Assembly: GCA_963708045.1 (NCBI GenBank)
Contig: OY970181.1
Coordinates: forward strand, 451,740 to 515,739
Length of the DNA: 64,000 nt
Source of the DNA: an uncultured bacterium
Lineage (GTDB): Bacteria > Patescibacteriota > Patescibacteriia > CAIQCM01
Direction of reading: 5' to 3'
This document shows, piece after piece, positions 1-10,187 of this stretch. The notes under the pieces are model-generated. The model was not told the origin of the DNA. It worked only from the letters and a program-made list of their open reading frames with translations, and made no database searches. The first letter of the stretch is position 1. Each line of letters opens with the position of its first letter. The translations under genes were made by a program, and so were the position numbers.

Positions 1-1471
1 CCTCTCCGGCGGCAAGCGCAAATATGCCCTGCGCGCGCTAAATAAAATTTTTGTCGCTTTTTCGGTGCTGGTTTTGCTTTCAATTTTTTCCATCATTATT
101 TCTGTTGAACCGATCGCGACTCTGACGATTTCCTTGCGGCTTGCCGAAGGGATGGTGTTGTTTTTTATTATTATTACCGCTCCGTCGGAGCGCGAAGCGC
201 GGTTTGCTTTTCTTGCGTCGGCCCTGCTTCAGGCACTTGTCGCGATCAGTCAATTTATTTTTGGCAGTGTTTTTGGTTCAACGCTTTTGGGTGTTTCGCC
301 GCAAGCGGCTTATAACCTCGGCGCGAGCGTTGTTGAAGCTCATGGTATGCGTTTACTGCGCGCCTATGGAACTTTGCCGCACCCGAATATTTTGGGCGGA
401 ATGCTTGTTGCCGCTATTTTGCTCGCGCGTTCGCTTTTTCGTCGCGCGAGCGCTCTTAGTGTGGCCGCGTACGTCCTGCTCACGGTTGGTTTGTTTTTAA
501 GTTTTTCGCGTTTGGCTTGGGCGGCGCTCGCGGTGGGTTTAATTACCCAATGGTTCTTTGCGCGGCGCGATCGCGTGTTTATTAAAAATGCTTTTGTTAT
601 TCTTGCTATTTTTATTTTGCTCGCTGGATTATTTCAGTCGTTTGTTTTTGCCCGTCTTTCGGCGTCTGGCCGGCTTGAAGAAAAATCAATAACAACAAGG
701 ATTGGGTCAATGGAAGATGCGTGGCAACTAATTCGGACGCGTCCCTTCGCTGGCGTTGGCGCTGGTTCATTCTCATCGTATCTTTATAAAAACGTTGATC
801 AAAACAGGGGTGCTTATGGTTATGAACCGGCACACAGTGCATTTGTTTTAGTTTTTGCCGAAATTGGTTTTCTGGGATTAATTATTTTGTTGATTTTATT
901 TCGCGACCTAGCCTTAATGGCGTGGCGAAGTGGTAAGCCCGGGCTTGCTGCCGCGCTTATAATTTTTGCCGCGGGCGACCATTGGCCAGTTACGACCTTT
1001 GCTGGAATCATGATCTTTTTTGCCGCTTGGGGACTATCGCTTCGCGGTTGTAATGACGGAAAAATAACACACAAGGCTGGCGCAATTATTCTTTCAAAAA
1101 ATGATCCGTCAAAAATTCTTCTTCTTTATCGTTTTGGTCCGGCGTATTGCGATTGGACGTTTCCAAAGGGGCATATGGAGCCGGCCGAGTCGTACGAAGA
1201 CACAATGCGCCGCGAGGTTTGGGAAGAGACCGGGCTTGTCGTGGATATTATTAGCCAGCTGCCGAATCGCGAGTATGTGACCGGACACGGCCACGACGCG
1301 CTGGCTCATTTTTTTCTCGTCCGTTCGCTTGATGATTCAAAATTGCGCGTTGAACCAACGTACTCTGAAAACAAATTGGAATGGGTTCACATAAACAAAG
1401 TTGAATCGCGCCTCACGTTTGAAAATCTAAAAGAGTATTTTGAAAAGATAAGGCCGGAAATTCAGCTATGA
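1..1471 (+). CDS. O-antigen ligase (Wzy_C)-like polytopic membrane domain fused to a C-terminal NUDIX hydrolase; 5' end probably outside the window (frame open to nt 2; track start 65 is GTG)
   Basis: Many TM helices; Wzy_C-like stretch RLAWAALAVG...GVGAGSFSSY...AEIGFLGLIILL; C-terminal NUDIX box GHMEPAESYEDTMRREVWEETGL. Confidence 0.6.
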   Translation, partial: LSGGKRKYALRALNKIFVAFSVLVLLSIFSIIISVEPIATLTISLRLAEGMVLFFIIITAPSEREARFAFLASALLQALVAISQFIFGSVFGSTLLGVSPQAAYNLGASVVEAHGMRLLRAYGTLPHPNILGGMLVAAILLARSLFRRASALSVAAYVLLTVGLFLSFSRLAWAALAVGLITQWFFARRDRVFIKNAFVILAIFILLAGLFQSFVFARLSASGRLEEKSITTRIGSMEDAWQLIRTRPFAGVGAGSFSSYLYKNVDQNRGAYGYEPAHSAFVLVFAEIGFLGLIILLILFRDLALMAWRSGKPGLAAALIIFAAGDHWPVTTFAGIMIFFAAWGLSLRGCNDGKITHKAGAIILSKNDPSKILLLYRFGPAYCDWTFPKGHMEPAESYEDTMRREVWEETGLVVDIISQLPNREYVTGHGHDALAHFFLVRSLDDSKLRVEPTYSENKLEWVHINKVESRLTFENLKEYFEKIRPEIQL

Positions 1472-1562
1472 ACCATGAACCACGCACCATGAACCACCCG
1501 TATGGTACATGCGGAAGGCCTTGACGTTTTAAGCGGTTTTAACTAAGCTCTAAGCAACACAA

Positions 1563-1589
1563 TTAGCACTCCAGGAAGGAGTCTGCTAA
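1563..1589 (+). promoter_or_regulatory. CIRCE-like HrcA operator upstream of groES
   Basis: TTAGCACTC-N9-GTCTGCTAA, 2 mismatches from the consensus TTAGCACTC-N9-GAGTGCTAA, 30 nt before the groES start. Confidence 0.6.
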
Positions 1590-1618
1590 TCGCTTTTATT
1601 CGCTAATTTTATTTTAAT

Positions 1619-1906
1619 ATGGCGCTATTGCCTTTAAACGATCATATTGTTATTAAAGCGGTTACCGAAGAAAAAACTGCAAGCGGGATAATCCTTCCAG
1701 ACACGGCGGACAAGGAAAAACCAGAGCGCGGCGAAGTTGTCGCGGTTGGTCCGGGTAAGATGCTGGAAAACGGAACACGTGGCGCGATTTCGGTTAAGGC
1801 CGGCGACATTGTAGTTTTTAAAAAATATAGTCCCGACGAAGTCAAAATCGGCAAAGAAGAATATCTCGTTATAAGCGAAGGCGACATCCTTGCAATCGTG
1901 AAATAG
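1619..1906 (+). CDS. groES: co-chaperonin GroES
   Basis: 95 aa; LPLNDHIVIK...ASGIILPDTA...GEVVAVGPG...GDIVVF is the typical Cpn10 sequence; directly upstream of groEL. Confidence 0.95.
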   Translation: MALLPLNDHIVIKAVTEEKTASGIILPDTADKEKPERGEVVAVGPGKMLENGTRGAISVKAGDIVVFKKYSPDEVKIGKEEYLVISEGDILAIVK

Positions 1907-1936
1907 GAAGAAAGATAACTAAAAGTTAACAGTTAA

Positions 1937-3604
<1,668 letters not shown>

Positions 3605-3647
3605 TTTGCAAATAGCGTTTCGCATATAGCAAATAGAAAATAAACAA

Positions 3648-3680
3648 CAAAAGCCCTCGCTTATTGCGGGGGCTTTTGTT
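3648..3680 (+). terminator. rho-independent terminator after groEL
   Basis: aaaagccctcgcttattgcgggggcttttgtt stem-loop followed by a T-run; the same 26-nt core recurs at 5616-5646. Confidence 0.6.
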
Positions 3681-3763
3681 AAAAATTTGACGGGGGGGGG
3701 CAAAAAACAGATACGATTTATCCTTCGCGCATAACGCGCGAAGAAAACGTATTGGAGGATTGG

Positions 3764-4798
3764 ATGCAACGTACCTGTTCCTTGTCAATTCTATTGCTAG
3801 CGGTCGCGACTCTTGGGGTCGTCTCCTGCTCGCCAGCCCAAAACGATCAAACTGTCGGAGTAGAATCAAGCGCCCACGAACTCGTCGCCGCAAATGGGTT
3901 CACCTACCCACTTTCTTCAATGAGCTCGTGGCCGAACAACAACTACGCCGCCTGTGGTTCGTACTACCTGACTAACAAATGTCACAACGGATCTGATATT
4001 TCTGCCAGCTATGGCACCACAGTGTACGCAATGGCGGCCGGAACAGTTATTGCAAGGAGTGGAACGCAAGACCCAGCAAACAACTGTTCTTCGGGCTGGG
4101 GCTATGATTACAATCAGGGTAATACTTGCAATATGGCGCTTGCGGTTCAGCACTATGATGACGATGGCAATCCGTTTGTAGTTGTTTACGGCCATCTTCG
4201 TTATAATTCCAATTATGGCCCCGGAACAACGTTTACGCCGGGCGCGGCAGTTGGTGTAATTGGTCGCTATTATAATACCAACGGTACTTTAATAGATGGT
4301 GATCATCTGCATTGGGGTGTGCGTCCTGGAACAACAGCGCCGACAAATTGGGGTCGGGTTACTTGCGCTGGAGCTTCGCAGCCAGCAGGACAATCATTCC
4401 CCGTTGGTTGTAGTTCCGACAGTTTCGTTGCACCAGGAACGTATACGAACACTGCTGGGCGTAATTGGGTTGCGCCGCCCGTAGCACCATCGCTTGTGAG
4501 TCCAGCAAACGGCGCGACAGTCATAGGTTCAATCGTGTTGCAATGGTCAAATGGTTCGGGAACATACCGGTCGCACGTAATGATTTGTATGAACGCGGCG
4601 TTAACGACCGGATGTATCAACCCCGATGGTGGAATGGTTGGTGCAGAAACTACTGGGACAGGAGCAAATCGCAGTACCTCATACTCTGCTTCTCTAGGGT
4701 ACACAACTTGGTATTGGGCTGTTCGCGGAATCGCTTACAACGATTACGGCGGTTGGGGAAATTATAGCGCCGTGAGATCGTTCGTCCATTCATACTGA
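3764..4798 (+). CDS. secreted M23 (LytM) family metallopeptidase, probable lipoprotein with a C-terminal beta-rich (FN3-like) domain
   Basis: GGAGGA Shine-Dalgarno 5 nt upstream of ATG 3764 (track start 3752 is TTG); signal/lipobox ...LLAVATLGVVSC; M23 motifs HNGSD (HxxxD) and GDHLHWG (HxH). Confidence 0.75.
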   Translation: MQRTCSLSILLLAVATLGVVSCSPAQNDQTVGVESSAHELVAANGFTYPLSSMSSWPNNNYAACGSYYLTNKCHNGSDISASYGTTVYAMAAGTVIARSGTQDPANNCSSGWGYDYNQGNTCNMALAVQHYDDDGNPFVVVYGHLRYNSNYGPGTTFTPGAAVGVIGRYYNTNGTLIDGDHLHWGVRPGTTAPTNWGRVTCAGASQPAGQSFPVGCSSDSFVAPGTYTNTAGRNWVAPPVAPSLVSPANGATVIGSIVLQWSNGSGTYRSHVMICMNAALTTGCINPDGGMVGAETTGTGANRSTSYSASLGYTTWYWAVRGIAYNDYGGWGNYSAVRSFVHSY

Positions 4799-4906
4799 CA
4801 ACCCAAACTCGTAATCAATCAACTTGTTTGCTCGTGTGAGGCGTCGGATCGCCGATGCCTCACACTCTTCTCTTTAATATCAATTAACGTTTTATTTAAA
4901 ATCCTT

Positions 4907-5596
4907 ATGTCTAAACGTAATAAATATATTATTTTAAGTTTATTTTTACTGGTCGTACTGGTTGTTATTTGTTTTGTTATATTTTTTCCTAAAACAAAAC
5001 AGGTTTCTCAAACTAATCCAATAGGAACACCGATTATTGATAATCCCGACTGGAAAACCATAAACAATGCTGGTTGCGGTCTAAGTTTTAAAATTCCAAA
5101 CGACTGGACGGTTGGGGGTATGCTTGGTATATCAAAAATTTTAAGTCCAGAAGACGTGCGTGTGAATTTAGAATTTGACCAGACACATCAAGAATTAATA
5201 AAAAATTCACAGGGCGATGCGCCGCTTGGACCGGACGCAAGAACCATTTCTGTTATATGTCAGTCTGATCTAAATGATTTCATTGGATCGTTTACTCGAT
5301 CAAAAGATTTTAAAGATTTTTCTGGTTCTAAAACGCTTGCTTCTCTTGTTGCTACTAATGCGTTTAATGACAAAGGTGCAAACCCGGCACTTATCAATAC
5401 GATGTTTATTGATGGTCAAGTGGTTTATGAGATTTCTTCTACCAATACAGTGCCGGGTGTTGGTACGTTTACAATTTATGAAATGGTGTTTGAAAGGAAT
5501 GGAAAAATAGGCGAGATAATGACGGGTCAGGTTACATACGAACAACTTTCTGATACGGCAAAAGATATCATTAAGACAATTAAATTCGCGAAGTAG
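4907..5596 (+). CDS. hypothetical N-terminally membrane-anchored secreted protein
   Basis: 229 aa ORF; N-terminal TM helix LSLFLLVVLVVICFVIFF; no recognisable motif. Confidence 0.55.
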   Translation: MSKRNKYIILSLFLLVVLVVICFVIFFPKTKQVSQTNPIGTPIIDNPDWKTINNAGCGLSFKIPNDWTVGGMLGISKILSPEDVRVNLEFDQTHQELIKNSQGDAPLGPDARTISVICQSDLNDFIGSFTRSKDFKDFSGSKTLASLVATNAFNDKGANPALINTMFIDGQVVYEISSTNTVPGVGTFTIYEMVFERNGKIGEIMTGQVTYEQLSDTAKDIIKTIKFAK

Positions 5597-5614
5597 TAGA
5601 AAATCTTTGCAAGC

Positions 5615-5646
5615 GAAAACCCTCGCTTATTGCGGGGGCTTTTGTA
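5615..5646 (+). terminator. rho-independent terminator, second copy of the groEL terminator core
   Basis: aaaaccctcgcttattgcgggggcttttgt; 26-nt identity with 3651-3677. Confidence 0.55.
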
Positions 5647-5714
5647 TATTTTCAGGGTGAAATTCGCGAAAATTGTCCCTTGGCTCGCGGCCGGATTATG
5701 CTATACTCAAAGCT

Positions 5715-6023
5715 ATGGAAACTATATCAACTAAGCGAAAATTTTTAGCGGCGCTCTCGTATATACCGGTCATTTTTTTAATCCCGCTTTTGGGCTGGGT
5801 AAATGATGACTTTATTCAATTTCACGGCCGGCAAGGGTTGGCGCTTTTTATCGTCTGGTTTGTTTTTTGGGCGATCGGCCTAGTTCCGCTGCTTGGGCTG
5901 ATTGTTCCGTTTGGCTATCTCATTCTTATTGTTGTCGCGATTATCGGGATCGCAACAGTATTTTTTGGCCGTCGTTGGGTTTTGCCGATCATCGGCAAGT
6001 ACGCTGAAAAGTTTCGCCTCTAA
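5715..6023 (+). CDS. small membrane protein, DUF4870-like (F-HGRQG motif)
   Basis: ATG 5715 in the track frame; METISTKRKFLAALSYIPVIFLIPLL...DDFIQFHGRQGLALFIVW; two or three TM helices. Confidence 0.5.
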   Translation: METISTKRKFLAALSYIPVIFLIPLLGWVNDDFIQFHGRQGLALFIVWFVFWAIGLVPLLGLIVPFGYLILIVVAIIGIATVFFGRRWVLPIIGKYAEKFRL

Positions 6024-6140
6024 CTTAGGGTATAGGGTCAAGGGTATAGGGGATAGAGTATAGAAAAAGAACTATACCCTATACCCTAACCCCTAAACCC
6101 TACTCAACTAACCCCTAATCTCTGAACCCTAACCTCTAAA
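6023..6140. repeat. G-rich / C-rich CCCTAA-like inverted-repeat region (potential G-quadruplex and long hairpin) just upstream of prfB
   Basis: GGGtataGGGtcaaGGGtataGGGG at 6028-6052 on the + strand; its complement CCCtataCCCtaaCCCCtaaaCCC at 6077-6100; perfect 14-bp inverted arms TTAGGGTATAGGGT / ACCCTATACCCTAA; followed by degenerate CCCTAA-like tandem units up to 6140. Confidence 0.6.
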
Positions 6141-6143
6141 ACA

Positions 6144-7248
6144 ATGTCCGACCTAACTAAAGACATTCCTCGCCTCCTCATCCGCATTGCGGAAACGAGG
6201 AGGCTGCTTTGACCACGAAGGAAAAAAGGCGGAACTCGTCGCGCTAGACGCGGCGATGGCGGACGCAAGTTTTTGGAAAAACTCAAACGAAGCAACTAGA
6301 CGCTCCAAGCACGCCGGAGCGATTCGTGCTGAATTTTTGGAATGGGATAATTTAGAAAAAGATACAAACGAACTTAACGAGCTTTCCCTAATCGCCGAAA
6401 AAGAAAAAGACGCCGAACTCAGTAAAGAAGCGGAAAAAAATTACCAAGAAATTTTAAAACGTTTTGAAAAGCTGGAATTTTTCGTGTTAATGCGCGGCAG
6501 ATTTGACGAGTCCAACGCTTTGGTCGCCATTCACGCGGGAACCGGCGGCACCGAAGCGCAAGACTGGGCGGAAATGCTTCTTAGAATGATTCTTCGGTAC
6601 GCTGAACGACGCGGATTTTCCGCACGCGTCGTTGACGAGCATAAAGGCAACGAAGCGGGGATAAAATCCGCGACCGTTTCTATAGAAGGTCCTTATGCTT
6701 ACGGGTATCTTCGTTCCGAACATGGCGTGCATCGGTTGGTCAGAATTTCGCCCTTTGACGCGGAAAAAATGCGCCACACTTCTTTTGCGCTCATTGAAGT
6801 TTTGCCGGAAATTCCCGAAGACGAAGAATTAAAAATTGACCCAAAAGACATTCGCATAGATACTTATCTTTCGTCGGGGCACGGCGGACAAAGCGTGCAA
6901 ACGACCTATTCGGCCGTGCGTATCGTTCATCTGGCGACGGGGATTACGGTGACTTGCCAAAACGAACGCAGTCAGTTGCAAAACAAAGAAACGGCGATGA
7001 AAATTTTGCGCGCGCGACTGCTCATTATGCGCGAAAAAGAACGGGCCTCGGAACGCGCCGAACTTAGAGGCGAGTATCACGAAGCCGAGTGGGGCAACCA
7101 GATTCGTTCCTATGTTCTTCAGCCGTACCGAATGGTAAAAGATCACCGCACGGAATATGAAACCAGCGATACGCCCGCGGTCTTAGACGGAAAACTAGAA
7201 CCGTTTGTTGAAGCGTTTTTAAAGTGGTCTCGGGAGAACAAGAAATAA
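6144..7248 (+). CDS. prfB: peptide chain release factor 2 with programmed +1 ribosomal frameshift (6144..6209 in frame 0, then 6211..7248)
   Basis: Frame-0 ORF MSDLTKDIPRLLIRIAETRRLL ends at CTT TGA C preceded by the SD-like GAGGAGG (canonical RF2 autoregulatory frameshift site); downstream frame carries AGTGGTEAQDW, YAYGYLRSEHGVHRLVR, SGHGGQSVQTT. Confidence 0.9.
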
Positions 7249-7328
7249 CTTTTAAGTTTTAACTTTTAACTTTTAGTTTCTAGAAAGACGGCTAAAAGTT
7301 AACAGTTAATAGTTAAAAGTTTTGGACA

Positions 7329-8012
7329 ATGAAAGTAATCCGAATAAAAAAAGAAAACGCTTCGGTGTTAAGACCAGTTGTCGCGGAATTAAAAAAGGGT
7401 GCGATTGTTGTCTATCCAACCGACACGGCCTATGCGATTGGTTGTGATGCGACGAACGCGGCCGCGGTTCGCAAAATTTTTGTAATCAAGGGACGTCCTA
7501 AGACAAAGGCGATGCCGATTATTTGTGCCGATTTAAAAATGGTGGAAAAATATTTTCTAAACACTAAACGCTATTCTCTATACGCTAAAAAATATTGGCC
7601 AGCTCCACTCTCCGTTGTTGTAGAAGCGAAAAAGGGGATCGCGAAAGCGGCGCTCGCGAGTGGCACGGCCGCGGTGCGGGTTCCTGATTCGCTAATCGCG
7701 CAAACGATATCAAAATTTCTCGGCCGTCCACTTGTCGCCACTTCGGCAAATTTTTCTGGCGCGCCAACGTGCTATTCAGCCAAAGCCTTTCTGCGGCAGT
7801 TTGAAAAACAACCCGCTCCTCGCCTACGTGGCGAGCAAGCCGCCCTTTCGGGCACCCTCTCCCGCCCTCGGGCGAGGGAAATAATGAATCTTGTTGTCCT
7901 AGACGCCGGCGCCCTGCGTCATCGCAAACCCTCCACGATAATTAAAATAAATAAAGACGGGTTAATCAACGTAATTCGTAAAGGCTCCATCGGATTAGAC
8001 ATTAGACATTAG
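7329..8012 (+). CDS. tsaC: L-threonylcarbamoyladenylate synthase (TsaC/YrdC/Sua5 family)
   Basis: VVYPTDTAYAIGCDA, KGRPKTKAMP, ...PSTIIKI C-terminal motif; an apparent palindrome-rich insert at about 7806-7880 encoding QPAPRLRGEQAALSGTLSRPRARE. Confidence 0.8.
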   Translation: MKVIRIKKENASVLRPVVAELKKGAIVVYPTDTAYAIGCDATNAAAVRKIFVIKGRPKTKAMPIICADLKMVEKYFLNTKRYSLYAKKYWPAPLSVVVEAKKGIAKAALASGTAAVRVPDSLIAQTISKFLGRPLVATSANFSGAPTCYSAKAFLRQFEKQPAPRLRGEQAALSGTLSRPRAREIMNLVVLDAGALRHRKPSTIIKINKDGLINVIRKGSIGLDIRH

Positions 8013-8028
8013 ACATTATAAATTTTGT

Positions 8029-9183
8029 ATGTCCCTCCGTGAATCATTCCGAAAATTTTTTCCCGACTCACTCGGCAGCCAGATGCGTGAGTTTTATGCA
8101 TCAACGGCGATTTTTGATTTTGGGGTTAGTTTAACAATGATCTTTGAGCCGGTTTATCTTTGGAGCGCTGGTTGGTCAGTAAAAAATATCGTTATTTTAT
8201 TTCTCGCCTCATATATTATTTATTTTTGCGTGGCGCCGCTTGGGGCAAAATTTGCTCGCGCCCACGGGCACGAAAATTCTATCGCGCTCTCTACGCCGTT
8301 TTGTTTGCTTTATTTTGTTGGTCTTTATTTGGCACCGCAGGGCGTATATTTTTCCGCGTTGGCCGCCGTCTCGCTAGCTTTCTTTAGAACTTTTTATTGG
8401 CCGGGCGCGCGATCAATCATTTCAAAATATTCGCCAGAAGGGGGAGGGGGGCGGGTTGTTTCTGGGCTTAATGCAATTTCTTTTTCCGCGGCGCTCGCGG
8501 GGCCGCTCATTGGCGGCGTCGTGCTTGGTCTCTTTGGATTTATGGCGCTCTTTATTGTTTCGGCAATTATTATTTTGCTCTCCAATATTCCAATGCTTAT
8601 TACGCCGGAGGTTTTTGAGCCGCGTCCAGTCGGTTATATAAATTCCTATCGCCGTTTACTGCGTCCGGATTTTCGACGAACAGTTGTCGGTCACTTTGGT
8701 TATGGTGAAGAATTTATTTCGGATTTTATTTGGCCGATCTTTGTCGTTATTGTCATTCCTTCGTATGCGGCAATGGGCGCAGCCTTTGCCATTGCTGGCG
8801 TCTTTACGCTTGTGGCGATAATTTTTATCGGCCGGATTACCGACGAACATCATCGGCATCCTATTTTACGGTCGGGTTCGCTTTTGACGTCGCTCTCTTG
8901 GGTTTTACGTATTTTTGTAGCCAGCCCGCTTTCGGTGCTTTTTACGCAGTCTTTTTATCGCGTCGCGCGTCTCGCGGTAACGACGCCCTTAATGAGTATT
9001 GCTGGGGAAAAGGCGCGCGAACACTCAAACACCAAGAGTTCACTTATCTACGAAATGAGTATCACGGTAGGAAAAATTTTAACCGCTAGCGTTGCTGTGC
9101 TTTTATTAACGCTTTTTCCGGGAAACCTGACGCCAATTTTTATTCTTGCCGCCGGCGTGACATTTTTTTATGCAATTTACTAA
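8029..9183 (+). CDS. MFS-type polytopic membrane transporter (putative)
   Basis: 384 aa; about 12 predicted TM segments; G-rich loops such as SPEGGGGRVVSGLNAISFSAALAGPLIGG. Confidence 0.55.
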   Translation: MSLRESFRKFFPDSLGSQMREFYASTAIFDFGVSLTMIFEPVYLWSAGWSVKNIVILFLASYIIYFCVAPLGAKFARAHGHENSIALSTPFCLLYFVGLYLAPQGVYFSALAAVSLAFFRTFYWPGARSIISKYSPEGGGGRVVSGLNAISFSAALAGPLIGGVVLGLFGFMALFIVSAIIILLSNIPMLITPEVFEPRPVGYINSYRRLLRPDFRRTVVGHFGYGEEFISDFIWPIFVVIVIPSYAAMGAAFAIAGVFTLVAIIFIGRITDEHHRHPILRSGSLLTSLSWVLRIFVASPLSVLFTQSFYRVARLAVTTPLMSIAGEKAREHSNTKSSLIYEMSITVGKILTASVAVLLLTLFPGNLTPIFILAAGVTFFYAIY

Positions 9184-10006
9184 ACTTCGCGGACAGCACA
9201 TTCTCGTGAACAAGGACGTTGCTTTAAAAATTGTTGAAGCCGCCGCCCTTACACCTACGACGACGGTTTTGGAAGTCGGCCCCGGACTGGGCGTTTTAAC
9301 GCACCTAATCTTGCCGAAGGTCGGACAATATTTTGCCGTAGAACTTGACCCGCGTTTCGTTAAAGAATTAAATAAGGATTTTGGCGCTAACCCCAAAGTA
9401 AAAATAACAGAAGGCGACATTTTAAAAATAAATATTAGCGATCTTTTTTCTAACTCAACGCTAGCCCCTAACCCCTATACCCTAATTTCTAATCTCCCTT
9501 ATAACATCACCTCGCCTTTTTTTAAAAAAATTCTTACCGAAAAAAATCCCCCCGAACGGATGGTCATAATGATTCAACACGAGGTCGCCGAGCGCGTCTG
9601 TCTACGAGCCACGAGCCACGAGCCACGTGCCAACTTGTTCGGTTTAATGTGCAACCTTTACGCCGAATGCGAATATCTTCTTCATGTTTCACGCGGTTCA
9701 TTTAATCCGCCGCCCAAGGTGGAGTCCGCAGTCGTGTGTCTAAAACCATATTCTGACAAGGCGTTTTTTGAAAAATGGGGGATAGAACGTTTAGTTGCCG
9801 AAGAGTTTATTGCTTTTACCGCGGTATTCTTCAAAAACCAGCGTAAAATGATGAGTAATGCCTTTGGCAAAAGTCGCGCAGAAGCGATTAGAGCCGCCTT
9901 GGTTGCCATAAACGAACGCCCTGACGCACGTCCGGCTGATCTTTCACTCAAAAAGTGGGTAGCGTTGTGGAAAATCTCAGCCCACTCTTTGCAAAAGAGG
10001 GGGTAG
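9170..10006 (+). CDS. rsmA: 16S rRNA (adenine1518/1519-N6)-dimethyltransferase RsmA/KsgA; last 8 codons and the stop are supplied by a dispersed repeat element
   Basis: GQHILVNKDV...LEVGPGLGVLT...NLPYNITSPF catalytic motif; 3' end ...SAHSLQKRG* is encoded by repeat family A; in-frame (acgagcc)x3 tandem at about 9604-9627. Confidence 0.85.
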   Translation: MQFTKLRGQHILVNKDVALKIVEAAALTPTTTVLEVGPGLGVLTHLILPKVGQYFAVELDPRFVKELNKDFGANPKVKITEGDILKINISDLFSNSTLAPNPYTLISNLPYNITSPFFKKILTEKNPPERMVIMIQHEVAERVCLRATSHEPRANLFGLMCNLYAECEYLLHVSRGSFNPPPKVESAVVCLKPYSDKAFFEKWGIERLVAEEFIAFTAVFFKNQRKMMSNAFGKSRAEAIRAALVAINERPDARPADLSLKKWVALWKISAHSLQKRG

Positions 10007-10090
10007 GGGGAGTTCGTTCGCGAAGTAACAACTTTAACGCAAAAAACAGAACTCTCCCTACCCTCCCTTTTACCAAAGGGAGGACTAGAT
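9976..10090 (+). repeat. MITE/REP-like element family A, copy A (L arm - spacer - R arm)
   Basis: cccactctttgcaaaagagggggtagggggagttcgtt ... aaaacagaactctccctaccctcccttttaccaaagggaggactag; the arms are imperfect inverted repeats; other copies at 35.9, 57.1, 58.2 and 61.5 kb. Confidence 0.8.
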
Positions 10091-10146
10091 TTCTCGCTTA
10101 TTTTTAGCTTCGTTTCAGGCAAAAGGTATTTCGCATCATTGATATT

Positions 10147-10175
10147 AGACATTGATCGTTCGTGTCTGCTATAAT
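10147..10175 (+). promoter_or_regulatory. sigma70-like promoter for the TSP3-repeat / giant-protein operon
   Basis: TAGACA-N17-TATAAT about 12 nt upstream of ATG 10188; the attagaca motif also recurs upstream of 8029. Confidence 0.45.
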
Positions 10176-10187
10176 CCACTAATATAT

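Noticed and set aside
9461-9500. C-rich CCCTAA-like stretch inside rsmA (cccctaacccctataccctaa) resembling the prfB-upstream repeats
   Set aside because: It encodes the conserved ...APNPYTLISNLPYN region in frame with no length anomaly versus KsgA; the similarity is probably compositional coincidence.
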